Shown here piece by piece: positions 37,201-49,017 of a DNA stretch of 64,000 nt (position 1 is the stretch's first letter; the number at the start of each line of letters is the position of its first letter). The notes under the pieces are model-generated. The model searched no databases. It was not told where the DNA came from and saw only the letters and a program-made list of their open reading frames with translations. A program made the translations under genes and the position numbers. The stretch is from Monocercomonoides exilis PA203 (Eukaryota; Protista; Preaxostyla): the NCBI GenBank assembly GCA_001643675.2, contig LSRY02000032.1, forward strand, positions 310,001-374,000. The letters run 5' to 3'.

Positions 37201-40200
37201 CCCATCTTCCCTTCCTCTTCATTCCACTTTCATTTCTTCTTCATCATCTTCGCTGACTCTATCTCAATGTTCTCTTTCCCTTCAAAATCCATCATCAGTA
37301 TTGGAATGCCTATTCTTGTCTGTTAATTCAGGAATCCTGATAATCGACAATTTCTCTGCTTCATCGATTGATTTGAGTGATTATCCATTGATCTCATTGT
37401 CTGGCAGTGATTCAAAGGAGGTGTTAATGAATACTCCCTGGTTGAACATGATGAACAGCAATTTCACAAAAATCGAAAGAGCAACTGGAAGTGGAGGGTG
37501 TGTGAGCATTGACAACAGCGATGATGAAAATACGAACACACAAATAAATATTGAAGAATGTGAATTTGATGGATGCTCTGTGCTTGCTGACGAAAGCAGT
37601 GGAGGTGCTGTTTTCGTGCAGATGAAGATGAACTCTCAATTGAATATTATTTCATGTTCATTCACAGGTTGCACAGCTCCAGTAGGAGAAGATAAAACTG
37701 GCTTTGGAGGAGGGATGGCACTGAAGCTGATTGATGACGATCCTTCGTTTGTGATATCATCCCCCATTTTTGACATTGAAAAGCCAAATGCTGCAAGATA
37801 TGGAAATGACCTGTTTGTTGAATCGTCCGACTTGACAAAGAGCATCACAAATACCTCTCTTCCATTTGTATCTGAGCATCTGGATGATATTTCCTTGGAT
37901 TCTCTGAGAGGCTTTGATGGAAGTGACACAACAGATGCAATTCCACTGGTGTACTTTTGGCTCTCACTTGGCTTAGAGATATTTGTTAGAGGTGATGGGA
38001 AAGATATACGTGCTTGTGGATTTTCAGATTATCCTTGTCTGTCAATTGATTATTCTTTAAATCGATTTTCTGAAGGAAATGAAAGAATGATCAGCATCAT
38101 TGGAAAAGGTATCCTTCAGAAATGTGTTGAACTCGGTGGAATTTCAATAAAATCGAATGACGGTGAAACTTGCTCTTTGGAATGCAGCTCTTCGATTGAA
38201 GGAGCAGAAGGTGCAGCAATGAAGATTAATGGCAATACCAATTTCGAACTGATAAACTTTGTGATTCCATCTTCATTCACAAGCGGAATCAACTATTTGA
38301 TGCATATAGGATCAAGCGAAGGACTGTTGAAGCTGAAAGATTGTTCGTTCGCTAAAAAAGAAGACAATAAAGAAGAAATGATTAACTTTGGGCTGATCAA
38401 AGCAGATGAAGGTGCTGTTTTGTTGAATTTTGTATCTATCCAATCATTGCGCTTTGAAAAAGATGTTATTTCTGTGCTATCATCAACGATTCTGAATATC
38501 AAAAATCTGACAATGAAGGATATTCAACTGGAAGGTTCAAGTGGATTGAGTATTGAAAAGAGCTCAAGAATAAAAAATGAAGTTAAACATGATATTGTTA
38601 TTGAGTGGAGTTCATTTGAAGAAGTCATCCAGAATACAACAGAAAATATCTCAATCATTCGAAACGCAAATGATCAGCCAACAAAAATTGTGATACGAAA
38701 CACAACGATGAGGAGATGTGGCGGATCGAAATGTGAAAAGGGAGGTGCGATGTTTCATGTGTTGAATGAAGGAGGAAAGTTTGACTGCTCATTTTGCACA
38801 GTATCTGAGTGTTTCTGCTCAACCACTGGAAGAGGTGGGTGGATGTTTCTCGGATGCACTTCAACAGTTGAACAACCACTGAATTTTGTGTTGTCGAATA
38901 TCACGTTCAGAGACAACTCTGCATTCAGAGGAAGAGACGTGTATGTGAGGTGTCGCTCAATAGAAAATCAAATAGCAGATGAACAATTCTTGCTGGATTT
39001 CAGAGCGCCATTTGTGAAGGGGCTCGCAATATGGGGTTGCACAGCAGACACATTTTTGGATGAAGAGGATCTTTTGTTGAGGGTTGTGAAATATCAGAGC
39101 GAGACGATATTTGTGTCTTCTGTTGCCGATAATCATTCAGACAGCAAGCAATGTGGAGAGTTCAGCATGCCATGCAAATCATTGAATGATGGAGTTCAAC
39201 ACATCATTCCATCTCTATTCTCACAGCTGTTGATCTTAGGGGAAACAGATATCGTTGAGGAATGTGATGTTCATGATGTGACCATTCGCTCATTGCAATC
39301 TCCTTCAACCGCTTTGGTGCATCTGAACTCAACAATTGCAGAAGAGGAAAGTCTAATCACAACCTCAGGGAATGTTCGGATTGAGAGATTGAATTTCAAC
39401 TTTGGTCAGCCATTTTCTTATTCAGGAAGTTCTATCATTCATCAAGCAAGTGGGGAACTTTCTCTTTCATTTGTTGATTTTTCTTCAGTTGGAGAGTCAG
39501 AAAGCGTTGAAGCTGTTGTTCTTTATTCCACGTTGCTGAGCATAGAAAATGGAATTTTACATATTGACAACTGCTCAATCTCATTCCTTTCATTCAATAA
39601 GCCTTCTTTTCTGTTGAGTGGAGATCACATTTCGTTGGCAAATGTGAAATTGAAACATATTGAAGCTTCAGAAAATGTATTTGAGCTTGGAGACTGCAAA
39701 AATGTTGCATTTGACAGAGTATCTGTTGATGGAGCGAATCTATCTGAAGGCTGCATCTTTTCAATAAACGATATAACTTTGGAAACAATATCTCTTGTGA
39801 GCACTTCATTCAAGAATTGCACTCGCAACTCGCCAGATGCCTCCATTCTCTCAGTGTCTCTTTCATCTTTCACTCGTGCAACGCTTTCAAATTGTTCTTG
39901 TGAATCTTGCGTTTCCACAGCAGATAAAGGGAGCATTATAAATGTCTGTGATTCGGAAAACATTTCGTTGAGCTCATGCAGTTTTTCAGGAGTGCTAACA
40001 AATCAACAAGAGTTTGGAAATAATATTGCTGCTGATGGAATATGCGAATGGAATGGATCTCTTGTGCACATTGAAAATTCTCATCTTCAGTCAAAAGAAA
40101 TAATGATAGAGAATTCATCGAAAGGAGGAATAACTATAAAAGGAGGAAGAATATTTATCGAAATGGGAATGCTGGCAAATAATAATCCTTTCATTGAAAA

Positions 40201-42082
40201 ATATCCCTCTCTTCGCCGAAACATCATCTGCTCTGATTCTGCCTCAATAACAATTTCCAGCTTGAAAGGTGGAGATGGACTGAAGGACAACTCTTCACTT
40301 TGGATTCTGAATGATGGATGCACACTTGGTGGAATAGCAGGAGAGAGAGAATCGCCTTTCTTCATTCCCAAACTGGAATCTGCCCTGGTTGTGGGATCAG
40401 AAGCTGAAGAATACAACAAAATCAGGTTCAAAGGATCATTGTTTCTGCCATGTGGTCTGTCTTTCGGGTTGACATACACAACAGGCGATGAGGAGCTGAT
40501 TGAGAAGTATGATTTTAATGAAGACGGATTCATCTCGGAAGGAGAAGTCGAAGGTGTAATTCATAGCAGTAATTTGACATCTGCGCTTGCGGAGACAGAA
40601 ATATCCGTGAGCATTCTGTTTGGAAATCCATCGTTTCCATCAAAAACAGAATCGTTCATATTGAAGAATAGAAGCGAGCCCAAATCAAATGGAGATGAAA
40701 AATCTGTTGAAAGTGGAAAAGGAGTCAATTCATTGTGGATTATAATTGTCGTTTCTTGCATTGTATTTATCATCTTGTTGTTGATAATTGTTGCTGTGAC
40801 TGTTAGGTGGAGAAAGCAAAAGAGGAGGACAGAAGAGCTGGAAGTGATTGTGAATGACACAGTGAAGAAGGATCCGAAGGCATTCGAGATGGTGACGATG
40901 GAGATGTCACCCGAGGAGCAGTGGCGGAGAGCTGAGAGGGAGGCAGAGAAGAAGAATGAGGAAAGGATGAAGAAGAGGGTGTATGAGAAAAGCTTGGGAC
41001 ATTCAGAGTCATCTGAGCATCTTCTGTCTGAGAGTGGATCAACTGAATACATCCTTGGAAGGGATTCAGACAAGATTCCTGATTGGGTGTTGGAAAAATT
41101 GGAAGAGGAAGAAGATGATGTTTCGAGAAAGAGAACTCCATCACCATCCATCTCATCCACCTCAACCACAGACACATCAGACACAGAATCCACTTTTGTT
41201 CGTGGGGAGGATCTGTGTCCAACCACTTCATCGATGTCGAATCTGGTGGATGCAATGGCCTGCTCCTCGCCACACGAGAAGCTGATTGTGGACTTGAGGG
41301 ATTCGCTGTTCATGTTGTTGCATGGAAGGAACAAGACAAAGGAGATGGCAATCGGATCCTTGAAAGAGAGGGAGATGACAGCTGCACAGATCCTGTTCTG
41401 GGTGGCTAATCTCGCACTCCATTCATTTGACGAGATGGAAAATCCTCTTCAGTCATTATCCAATCTGAGTCCGCATATTGTTCTCTTCTCAGAACACATG
41501 GTGATCTGCATTGTGATGCATTCAGACTTATTGTCCGATGATGACTCAGATTCATCATCCATCTCTTCGTCAACTGTTGTCACATCTGCAAGCGACGAAG
41601 ACGATGATGGTGATAGAGACTCACTTCCATCATCCGCCTTTGAGGAAGAGGATGATTTCAAAAAAGAGTGTCTGAGGTGGAAGGCGCCAGAGCTGCTGAT
41701 CAACAAGAAGATGGGAGCAACAAAGAAGACAGTTGTGTTCTCGATTGGGATGATGCTGTGGGAGAGTCTGACGCTGGATATTCCGTTTGGCGAGTATGAG
41801 GCAGTAATAGCTGGAGACAAAATTACGAAAGGAGAAAGGCCAAAATTGGACGTTGTCCAATGTTCTGCTTTCTATAGCCTTGTGAAGAATTGCGTGTCAC
41901 AATCGCCGTCCGCACGCCCTTCTCTTTTTGAGCTCAAAAGAGACTTTATAACTCATTTCCCGTCTGGTGCTGCGATCCTCACAGTTACAGATGCAATTGG
42001 CTTTGAGAATGCCACAGACAATGCCGATGGAAGCGAGACGCTCATCGATTCGGAAATCAGAAGCACCCAAACAGAAACGTGA
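34265..42082 (+). CDS. Large single-pass surface protein: signal peptide, Pmp/beta-helix-like GGA(I/V) repeats, TM helix, degenerate TKL-like kinase C-lobe
   Basis: MILIFSFLVLGGVRS at the likely start 34265; repeated GGAI/FxxC motifs and CG.....PC modules; TM LWIIIVVSCIVFIILLLIIVAVTV followed by RWRKQK; RWKAPE, VFSIGMMLWE, IPF, RPS present but no GxGxxG, HRD or DFG. No intron needed. Confidence 0.85.
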   Translation: MILIFSFLVLGGVRSSESTGLCLGDDASDKMGLKKVRIAKMRLKHSLENEGTKNKKWLCALGDTGNRKQFDVYRKNDLSGLMSEVEGTWRARNSSSMLVGMVFVQQKTRSLFIVEKYSVVSICSSILVRDANPPISFENRESVLRFANLTLEHESQNEAVQSICFAEGKESSTSMDNCLVSDLRFCGSGLICGIDSHSISIKNTIIRNITREGKLLQTDKPSAIGRKTEESSIENCLLISTENAFFGSAIYGLKGTVRFHCKNTSVISNRDRNDGYTSQSRINTSDSVSLSNSEWIDCNSTTNGGAIHITGNTASILTLSNCYFQGNIAQSGRGGAIYAESISQISICDSIFLNCQAPGSLNEAGGAICITSPQTTYIVRNNSFRNCYVGNDGGGLSIDRKTSVTTGDIISDCLFYNCTTSNVSTPTGGGIQMWEMQVPPEVSGCAFLNNFALKGGGGFSLYVPKQITNTVLYFCFFHNNSQGAGRTGGCDILLQNQNNNAIDTNCYSTRQIGIRVGTNDGSIVDRSEWLRNDGGRVRFVSSTETQPHAMDAFVCGINESYPCCTISHCLTQLIPEFVKDIKVLTGTIIVTKNVDCGADGLSIYGESDLSSKIQTELESAGLSLFSASTGTLTVSDISLVHDSAYANNRGSKLFVITKAGEMHIGRLNISAGSGHSAQTTFSTELINIQSGMLQMESVNWAKIISANSLFSLSLTNEISLAFSECSFSGIERTTSGSAVMSFSNDKANIELNSCSFFGCGSTTSTDGGSMMLCVGEANEVKVEGGTFDGCFCSSSNGLGGGILLQLLDENPDFLISSSFSSNTAKWGRDIFVLSPNLEKTAKSQKITCVTASSDSADRVRGFDNGNTTLAIPLCIYLLPTPAEIYVRNAEASDHLRCGIAQFPCLTLKHSFTRQTEEKKVVVKGTIPVCDEFVLSSQKHVIRGNDDQSGWTVSDASTTSNSALLTATIETELSKLIFSLPSSLPLHSTFISSSSSSLTLSQCSLSLQNPSSVLECLFLSVNSGILIIDNFSASSIDLSDYPLISLSGSDSKEVLMNTPWLNMMNSNFTKIERATGSGGCVSIDNSDDENTNTQINIEECEFDGCSVLADESSGGAVFVQMKMNSQLNIISCSFTGCTAPVGEDKTGFGGGMALKLIDDDPSFVISSPIFDIEKPNAARYGNDLFVESSDLTKSITNTSLPFVSEHLDDISLDSLRGFDGSDTTDAIPLVYFWLSLGLEIFVRGDGKDIRACGFSDYPCLSIDYSLNRFSEGNERMISIIGKGILQKCVELGGISIKSNDGETCSLECSSSIEGAEGAAMKINGNTNFELINFVIPSSFTSGINYLMHIGSSEGLLKLKDCSFAKKEDNKEEMINFGLIKADEGAVLLNFVSIQSLRFEKDVISVLSSTILNIKNLTMKDIQLEGSSGLSIEKSSRIKNEVKHDIVIEWSSFEEVIQNTTENISIIRNANDQPTKIVIRNTTMRRCGGSKCEKGGAMFHVLNEGGKFDCSFCTVSECFCSTTGRGGWMFLGCTSTVEQPLNFVLSNITFRDNSAFRGRDVYVRCRSIENQIADEQFLLDFRAPFVKGLAIWGCTADTFLDEEDLLLRVVKYQSETIFVSSVADNHSDSKQCGEFSMPCKSLNDGVQHIIPSLFSQLLILGETDIVEECDVHDVTIRSLQSPSTALVHLNSTIAEEESLITTSGNVRIERLNFNFGQPFSYSGSSIIHQASGELSLSFVDFSSVGESESVEAVVLYSTLLSIENGILHIDNCSISFLSFNKPSFLLSGDHISLANVKLKHIEASENVFELGDCKNVAFDRVSVDGANLSEGCIFSINDITLETISLVSTSFKNCTRNSPDASILSVSLSSFTRATLSNCSCESCVSTADKGSIINVCDSENISLSSCSFSGVLTNQQEFGNNIAADGICEWNGSLVHIENSHLQSKEIMIENSSKGGITIKGGRIFIEMGMLANNNPFIEKYPSLRRNIICSDSASITISSLKGGDGLKDNSSLWILNDGCTLGGIAGERESPFFIPKLESALVVGSEAEEYNKIRFKGSLFLPCGLSFGLTYTTGDEELIEKYDFNEDGFISEGEVEGVIHSSNLTSALAETEISVSILFGNPSFPSKTESFILKNRSEPKSNGDEKSVESGKGVNSLWIIIVVSCIVFIILLLIIVAVTVRWRKQKRRTEELEVIVNDTVKKDPKAFEMVTMEMSPEEQWRRAEREAEKKNEERMKKRVYEKSLGHSESSEHLLSESGSTEYILGRDSDKIPDWVLEKLEEEEDDVSRKRTPSPSISSTSTTDTSDTESTFVRGEDLCPTTSSMSNLVDAMACSSPHEKLIVDLRDSLFMLLHGRNKTKEMAIGSLKEREMTAAQILFWVANLALHSFDEMENPLQSLSNLSPHIVLFSEHMVICIVMHSDLLSDDDSDSSSISSSTVVTSASDEDDDGDRDSLPSSAFEEEDDFKKECLRWKAPELLINKKMGATKKTVVFSIGMMLWESLTLDIPFGEYEAVIAGDKITKGERPKLDVVQCSAFYSLVKNCVSQSPSARPSLFELKRDFITHFPSGAAILTVTDAIGFENATDNADGSETLIDSEIRSTQTET

Positions 42083-42329
42083 AATCTATCTTTTGTACCT
42101 TATTCATTTCATCTGATAGAGTATTCAATCATTTAGCATATGTTATGCTTCCATTTTCTTTCTTGCCTTCAATTTTTCGTGTTTCACTTGTCGTTTTCAC
42201 TCATTTTCCGTTCATTTCAATCTCAGAATCTCAGCTGTTCTCAACGATAGAACTCCGCATATATCCTTGCTTTTCAATTTGATTATTGCAAGAAAAATCT
42301 TGCAATGAAGAAAAAAAAATATCGTTCGA

Positions 42330-43060
42330 TTTTCAAAATGTACATTTTTCCGATTCCTTTTTGGCGTTTGGATGTGAGCATTCACATGCGTTCATCTAAA
42401 TTTATTGGTGATATGGAGCGAGCTGTCAGAGAATGAAATGCTTTTCCAAAGATAAATGAATGCGTTTTCCAATCAAGCAGCACAATCTTTTCGATTATCT
42501 CCTGCCTTTCTCATCAAAACAATAAATTTTTAGCAAATCCTTCTCGGATGTCTCTTCATTTTTCATATGGTTCTTGTCGTGAACCCTGTAAATGCGCCAG
42601 TAAATCAAAGTTAACCTTGCTCTGCAAATCGTGAGTTTTGCTCGAGTCGAAATCTGCTCTTCTGCCAGCCAGGAAAAATCGCAAAAGCAGCCCAGCCCAT
42701 GAAAACGCATTATTTGCAATCTGTTTTTGTTTTGATCCTCCGATTCTCAACACTCACATGGAAAAGTGAACCAACACTGAAGAATTGTATCTTCCCCAAC
42801 TTCGTGGAATCCTTGCTCATTTCGTTCAAAATGCATTCCTCCAAGCAAAATAAATTAAGAAAATTCATCGTTGCGCATGGTGGCATGATCCTGCTTCCAA
42901 GCTCAAAAAAAGTGTTGAATATTCCGTTTATTGTTTCTTCACTTTTCCTCTCCAAAAAAATCGCCTGAACGTGTTCCTAACAGATTGATAATCTCCCACT
43001 TTCAGATCTTATCCGTAGCAACGGTAACAATGAGATGCATGTTTGAAAGCGCGTGGAAGG
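42330..43060 (-). pseudogene. Decayed coding fragment, unidentified
   Basis: Less AT-rich stretch with overlapping short protein-like ORFs in different frames (42710-42955, 42556-42753). Confidence 0.3.
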
Positions 43061-43962
43061 AGCAGAACAAGTAAATAATAATGAACAGAACTGAAGTCAT
43101 TTTCAACCAAGAAAAATCTTACCTCAACAATTACAATAATTTTTACTGCAACGCCTCTGCTGCGAAATAAGTCTATTATTCATCTTCAAGTCACAGAGCG
43201 CGGGATTTTTCATTTTCATTCACCCAACATTACCTTTTTATCACAAAATATTTATTCAAAAATCTCTTCAAAAGAAAGTCAATGAAAATATAAAGTGAAA
43301 CTTTGAAAAATACGGTGATATGTTTTAACATATTCAGTTTTGACATTTGGACATTTATTTGTTTTCTTGTATTTTTTTTTTCTTTTTTGATTAAAAATTA
43401 TAAAGATAAATGTTAGATGGACTGGATTTCTGAACTTAGAGAGAAACAATTATTTGGAATTCAAATAATTATTCCAACTGTTGTCAATTGAACTATTTTT
43501 TTATCCTGCACCATTTCTCAAAACAGGAATTATTGAATGATTCGATTTTATATGAATGATTCAAATTTGAGTTTTCGGTTTCTTTTTAATTCAATAAGTT
43601 CTTTCTTCAATTTGATTCAAATTTTTGCGAAAAATCACAAACAGTATATATCTTTTCTTCAAACATTAAAATGTGAATTGCCTTTTGAAAAATGAATAAA
43701 TAAAATAATCAAAAATAAAATAAAAATCCCAAAAAATTATTGTGTTCTCTCAAAAAATAACTTATTGATCAAAACACGATTAAAGAAAAGTTTTGATTTT
43801 CTTAATAAGAAGCCAAATCATCTGACATTGTTTGCTTTTGATTTTTTGCTTCATAAAAGAATCATTCATTAAGTGTTTATCAAGTTTATTATCTTTTATA
43901 TCAGGGCAAACAAAAAAGAAAAAATATCTTCTTATTTTTCCGAATTAAATAAAGAGTTACAA

Positions 43963-45388
43963 ATGATACAATCGATAGAAAAGTTTGAAGGTACGAAATG
44001 AGATTTTTCTTTGATTATTTTCCTTTGCTCCGTTTTTTTTAAGAGTTGCTTGCAATGCTTGAAAAAAGTTCTGAAAATGAACAAAAACGTGTAATCGAGG
44101 AAATGAATATAATCATTGAAAAAATGGATAGCAATGAACTATTTTCGGTTTTGACAGAAAAAATGCTCAACAGAGTCGATGGAATGATTGAAGAAAAGAT
44201 ATTTTCTTTTGAAAATACAATTTTGTTTCTGAGCCAGATGGGATATTTCAAAACGTTGAAAGACAGACAGGGACGATATTTTAATTATTCTTTGTTGTGC
44301 AATAGAATCAGAAAGATGATTATTTATGAAGGGCAGAAGAAAGATGAAAAGAACGAAAAGTTACTTGTTGATCTTTGCGAATGCTATCTGTTTTTTAACG
44401 AAGTTTATTCATCTGAATTGTTTTTCATCTGTGTGCCTTGTCTTTTGAAAGCTTCGCTGAACAAAGAGGAAAGCGAGGAAGCACAAAGGAAAGTGGAAAT
44501 GGCGTTGGTGGCTTTAGATAATATAAGTCAATATAAAGTGTGAACGATATTTCATTATTCTTCTTTATAAATTTTTTTTTTCATATTTTAAATTTTTAAT
44601 TTTTTTATAAATTTCTACAGAAAATCGAGAAAGGATTATATTTGAATGAAATTAAAGAAATCCTTAAATATCATCAGGAGCATCGCAATTTGACACGACT
44701 TGCATATCAGTCTGCTTGGAAATTTTTGATAAATAGACTTTACAATGATGAAAGCTTGGAAGAGATGAGCGCGAATGAACTGCATTTTGCGAGAGAAGCA
44801 TCAAGAGAATTGGATGAGCTATCGAAATGTGTTGATTGGAAGAGGAAAGAAGAGAAAGGGAAGAAGGGAAGAGATTGGAAAGACATGACTATCATAAAGA
44901 ATTGGCTCCAAAAATTGAACGAGTTCTTTTTGCTTTTCCCCACATGGAAAGAAGAATGCGATGAAGTGATTCGGTGTGTTGTTGGGATTTGCAGAGCAGC
45001 GAGAGAGAGTGAAAATGAAATATATGAAGAGGGCCTTTCTCTTTTGCACACAATTATAAATATGGAGAATGTTCGTACTGTTGTCTTTTTGAATGGAGGT
45101 GTGTTTAATCTAATTATGGAGGAGATGCAGCAGCCAACATTGATCAGCAATTTGTTATTGAGACACTTGAAATTCTGCTTGATATTTACATTCAGATTGA
45201 AAAGAAAGGCAGAAAGTGAAATTGAAGAAGCGAATAGAAGGCCAGCAAAGATGAAGTTATTTGAAGAGCTGGAAGAAGAAGGATATGAAGATATCATCAC
45301 AAGCCTTTATAGAATTATTCTTAAATTAGACAGTATGTTTTATTTCCGAGTATCATTGGACATAGTTGATTATTTCGTAAATATTTAA
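43963..45388 (+). CDS. Helical (ARM-like) protein of a lineage-expanded hypothetical family; exons 43963-43990, 44044-44537, 44621-45388
   Basis: Two phase-compatible GT-AG introns join the ORFs. Motifs LLVDLCECY, ICVPCLLK, VEMALxAL, EHRNLTRLAYQSAWxFL, EEEGYED recall an oxymonad multicopy family (from memory). Confidence 0.75.
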
Positions 45389-45809
45389 ATAACAAAATAG
45401 ATTTCGTTTCATAACTCAAGATTTATTTTGCGTATTTTTTTTAACAATTCATATCGCAATTCAACAACATTTTTCAGAAGATTATTCAAAGTTTTCTTGT
45501 ATTTTTTGATCCAAATATTGCTTTCTTTTTGAAAATAAAAGCCATTTCCTCTGCAGAATATCCTTCTGTCTTTTCATTAAAGAAAAATCAAAAGAAAAAT
45601 ATTGCATGAGATTTATGTTTTCCATTTGCTAAAAAATAAAATGGAAAATGAAGAAAATAAAATTTAAGAAGCCTTCTTTACTGATCAAAAATTACAATAA
45701 CAGAAAGAAAGACACAGGAAAAACAAAATTAAAAATAGAATATCATTATGTATTATTTCAAACATCTAAAAACAAAATCTATCAATAAAAATATTCTGGC
45801 AATTCATTA

Positions 45810-47080
45810 AAAGGTACAACCAAACATCGATGTAATCTGCATCAAACTGCTATTTCAGTGCATTTCTACAAATTCATCGGAAAGCTTCTCTTCAAGCAAT
45901 GGCTTCTTCACTTTAAACAGTGAATACAAAGCAATCGAGAACCCATATTTTTCACTTGGCACAGCGATCAATACAGAATTTGGAAAACGAAATAAACAAC
46001 TCTTGAGCTGTTTTCCGAAATGAAATTTGCACAAATTTTTTTATTCATGTCAATCTCCAATGAAACTGCACATGCAATATTTAGAAATTCACAAGCTACG
46101 TCATGGCTTTCGAAACGAAGAATATTTTCATCAAACTTTGCACTTGTCCCGCCAAGTTGATTGATTCAATTATTTTGTAAAATTATAAAAGCCTCAATCA
46201 AAGCAGCTCCAATTTTAAAATTCGATCTATCGCAACGAACACTCTATGTGCAACGCCAAACTCCTTCTCGAATGGTAAACGATGACAAAAGAATCCATAC
46301 GATGTCAGAAATCCATAACACTTGAGCCATTCCATTCTCATTCCAGATGAACATGCAATGGTAGCACATCCCATGACTCCACAAGTTCTTCCACTAAAAA
46401 CAAAAAGATAATCTTTCTTATCCTCTAAGCGGATAGATTTAACATCGTCTCCCACGCAAGCTTTTGAAGTTATTTCCAATCTTTTGAATCGACATAAACC
46501 AAAAAGGCTTTCATTTTTGATTGAATCCTCTTGAATTGTCAATGTGCCAGATTCTGGTGACTTATGTTCTTCTATCTTTAATGTTGGTGGTCTGCTTTGT
46601 TTCAATTCATCTGAGCCCTCAGCCACGCTAATTCCATAAATGCTCTTTTCCACAGAAAAATGACATTCATTTGGATCGTATCCTTCGTTCATTTGATCCA
46701 AAAAGTTTCAGCTGAATTCTCAACTGAAGTTGGAGTGTTACGCAATTTAACAGAAGGCTTGACGTATCGTAAACGATCAAAACTTGCTCCGTTAGTCATT
46801 GACATAAGCAAAAGATTCGTCGAGCGACTTTTGCTCCTTTTGGTGCTGAAAAAAAAACATATGTGCACAACTGGCATTTTGTTGATCTTTCTTCTGCACT
46901 TTAAGCTGAGAAACATTTTTGTAAAATCTGAAAAGTGCCAGCAATTTGTTGCATTTTGTCATCTCGGTTTTCTTCTACAAGCATTCTTTTCTTATGTTGG
47001 ATGGCAATAATTTTCCATATTTTGTAGACTTTTTAAAAAATCAAAATTCGCATTGTCATTCGAAAATCCATCCAATGGAT
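45810..47080 (-). pseudogene. Disrupted gene of unknown family
   Basis: Consecutive protein-like ORFs 46916-46689 and 46701-46198 in different frames, continuing with stops to ~45810. Confidence 0.4.
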
Positions 47081-47541
47081 AAAGAGTCTGCAGTTTTTGT
47101 TGAAATCTCCATTCATTATATTGAAAATAGATTATCTTTAAGGAGAAGAATTTTTTGTTGCAAAAAGACTCGCTGTAAATGTAATTTTTTAATGATGTCT
47201 TGCATCCCTTTCACAATAAATTTCAAATGCTCTATATCAACTGAAAACTAAATATAATCAGTAATTTTTCCCAAATAAATAACAATTACAAAATGCTGAA
47301 CAACAAAAGAATTCAGCGCAATATTGATAAATAAAGTGCTATATACTAATGTCCAACTAATTTCTATCTAATGCATCTATATTCATTAAAATACAAGCTA
47401 TGCTCTTTATGTACAAAAGGTTTTTTAAAATTTCATGATCAAACAATTCCCAATATAATTTAATTTTTCATCATGTGATTATGGGAAAGATTTTTGAAAA
47501 AATATTGTATCGTGCTTTTGTTTAATTTGAAAATATAAAAT

Positions 47542-49017
47542 GGTGAATGGGAACATAACGTACTTTTAAAAAAGGCTTTCATTTTGAAATCTTCTAAAAG
47601 AAATACCAATAATACGTTATTATAAAACTATTTATGTGGTGAATGAAGAGATTTAAAAGTGTTTGAGAAAATAAAAATTCACAAAAAAATTATTTTTAAA
47701 AGACAATTGTGGGACAAAAATTTCTATGAATCCTCATACTCAGATGCAGATAAGCCATCTCCTGCTCCAAAACTGCTGCTGCTGCTGTCAGAATCAGTGT
47801 CATCCACTAGTGGGGTCATTGAATCATCATCTTCATCAGCATCACTTGATTCATCATCGTCTCCTTTATCAACTGTGGGAAGTGTGTTCATTATTTCTTT
47901 GACAAATTTTTTGAAAGTGTAATTCTTTGATGAATGAAACATGAAATTAGCAATGAAATCATCAATGAATTTGTCTTTTGCACCAGTTCTAGGCAAAAAC
48001 GCACGAAACCTTGACCACAAACCCTCTATTCCATTTGTACAAACACCTGTAATTGGGTCAACAAAATGATATTTGTGACACACAGTCATATGAGTGAAGT
48101 TGAAATCATTTAGACAGTTGTAAGCACACCATTCATCACTATAAATTGTTGTCTTTGGTTTTATATTAGCTAAAATGACAGGCAATAAGGTTCTTCTGCT
48201 TCTGTTCTTCACGCGAATAATAAAAAATCTTCCTCCTCCATCTTCACGCTTTCTTTCTATTCCTCCAAAAAGCCAGACTTGTGCCTTTTTCCTTCCTTTA
48301 TGAAATTTTCTTTTTCTCAATATAGCTTCGTCGACTTCCACGATATGACCCTCTCCCCCAATAGGTTCGAAATTTTCCATTATAATTTTTGAAGAAATAG
48401 ATCTGCAATGTGAATACCAGAATCCAACTGTCTTTCTGTTAACATTAAGTAAAATGCTTGATTGAGATATGCACAATATTTGAGAAAAATACAGAAAAAT
48501 ATGAAGAAGTTTGTTAACTGGAATCTTTGAATATCGGAACGAAGTTCCATCAAAAATGCTTGTTGCCTTTCCACATTTATAACATCTAAATTGCCTCATT
48601 GTCTCCGATCTTGTATATATACGCATTTAATTTTTCATTTTAAACATCTTTTGAACTTATTTTGAAGAATGTTTTCAATAAGCCAATCGAAAGAACAAGA
48701 AAGTCTAAAGAAAGTCTTATTCATTTTGCTTATTTCTACGCTTGAATCATTCAAACAGGATGTCATAATGATGGAAATATTCAAAAAATAAAAAATTCAT
48801 GATTTATATATATAACAAATACATCCAAAATGAAAATTTTTGTGCACAAAAAAATAAATTAAATTGTGGGTGTGATCAATTTTTATTTAAATTTCGGCAT
48901 TTTTAAATCTCTTCATTCACCACATAAATAGTTTTATAATAACGTATTATTGATATTTCTTTTAGAAGATTTCAAAATGAAAGCCTTTTTTAAAAGTACG
49001 TTATGTTCCCTCTTACC
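47542..49017 (-). mobile_element. Merlin (IS1016/IS1595-like) DNA transposon, 1476 bp
   Basis: 110-bp inverted repeats 47549-47658 and 48901-49010 (one mismatch) plus 7 imperfect outer bases starting GGT; identical 8-bp flanks TATAAAAT at 47534-47541 and 49018-49025. Confidence 0.93.
47724..48626 (-). CDS. Merlin/ISXO2-like DDE transposase with disrupted N-terminus
   Basis: VEVDEA, WLFGGIER, TLLPVI..NIKPKTTIYSDEWxAY, HxTVxHxxxFVDPxTGVCTNxIEGLW; one CxxC pair; acidic tail. Confidence 0.92.
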   Translation of the reverse strand: MRIYTRSETMRQFRCYKCGKATSIFDGTSFRYSKIPVNKLLHIFLYFSQILCISQSSILLNVNRKTVGFWYSHCRSISSKIIMENFEPIGGEGHIVEVDEAILRKRKFHKGRKKAQVWLFGGIERKREDGGGRFFIIRVKNRSRRTLLPVILANIKPKTTIYSDEWCAYNCLNDFNFTHMTVCHKYHFVDPITGVCTNGIEGLWSRFRAFLPRTGAKDKFIDDFIANFMFHSSKNYTFKKFVKEIMNTLPTVDKGDDDESSDADEDDDSMTPLVDDTDSDSSSSSFGAGDGLSASEYEDS

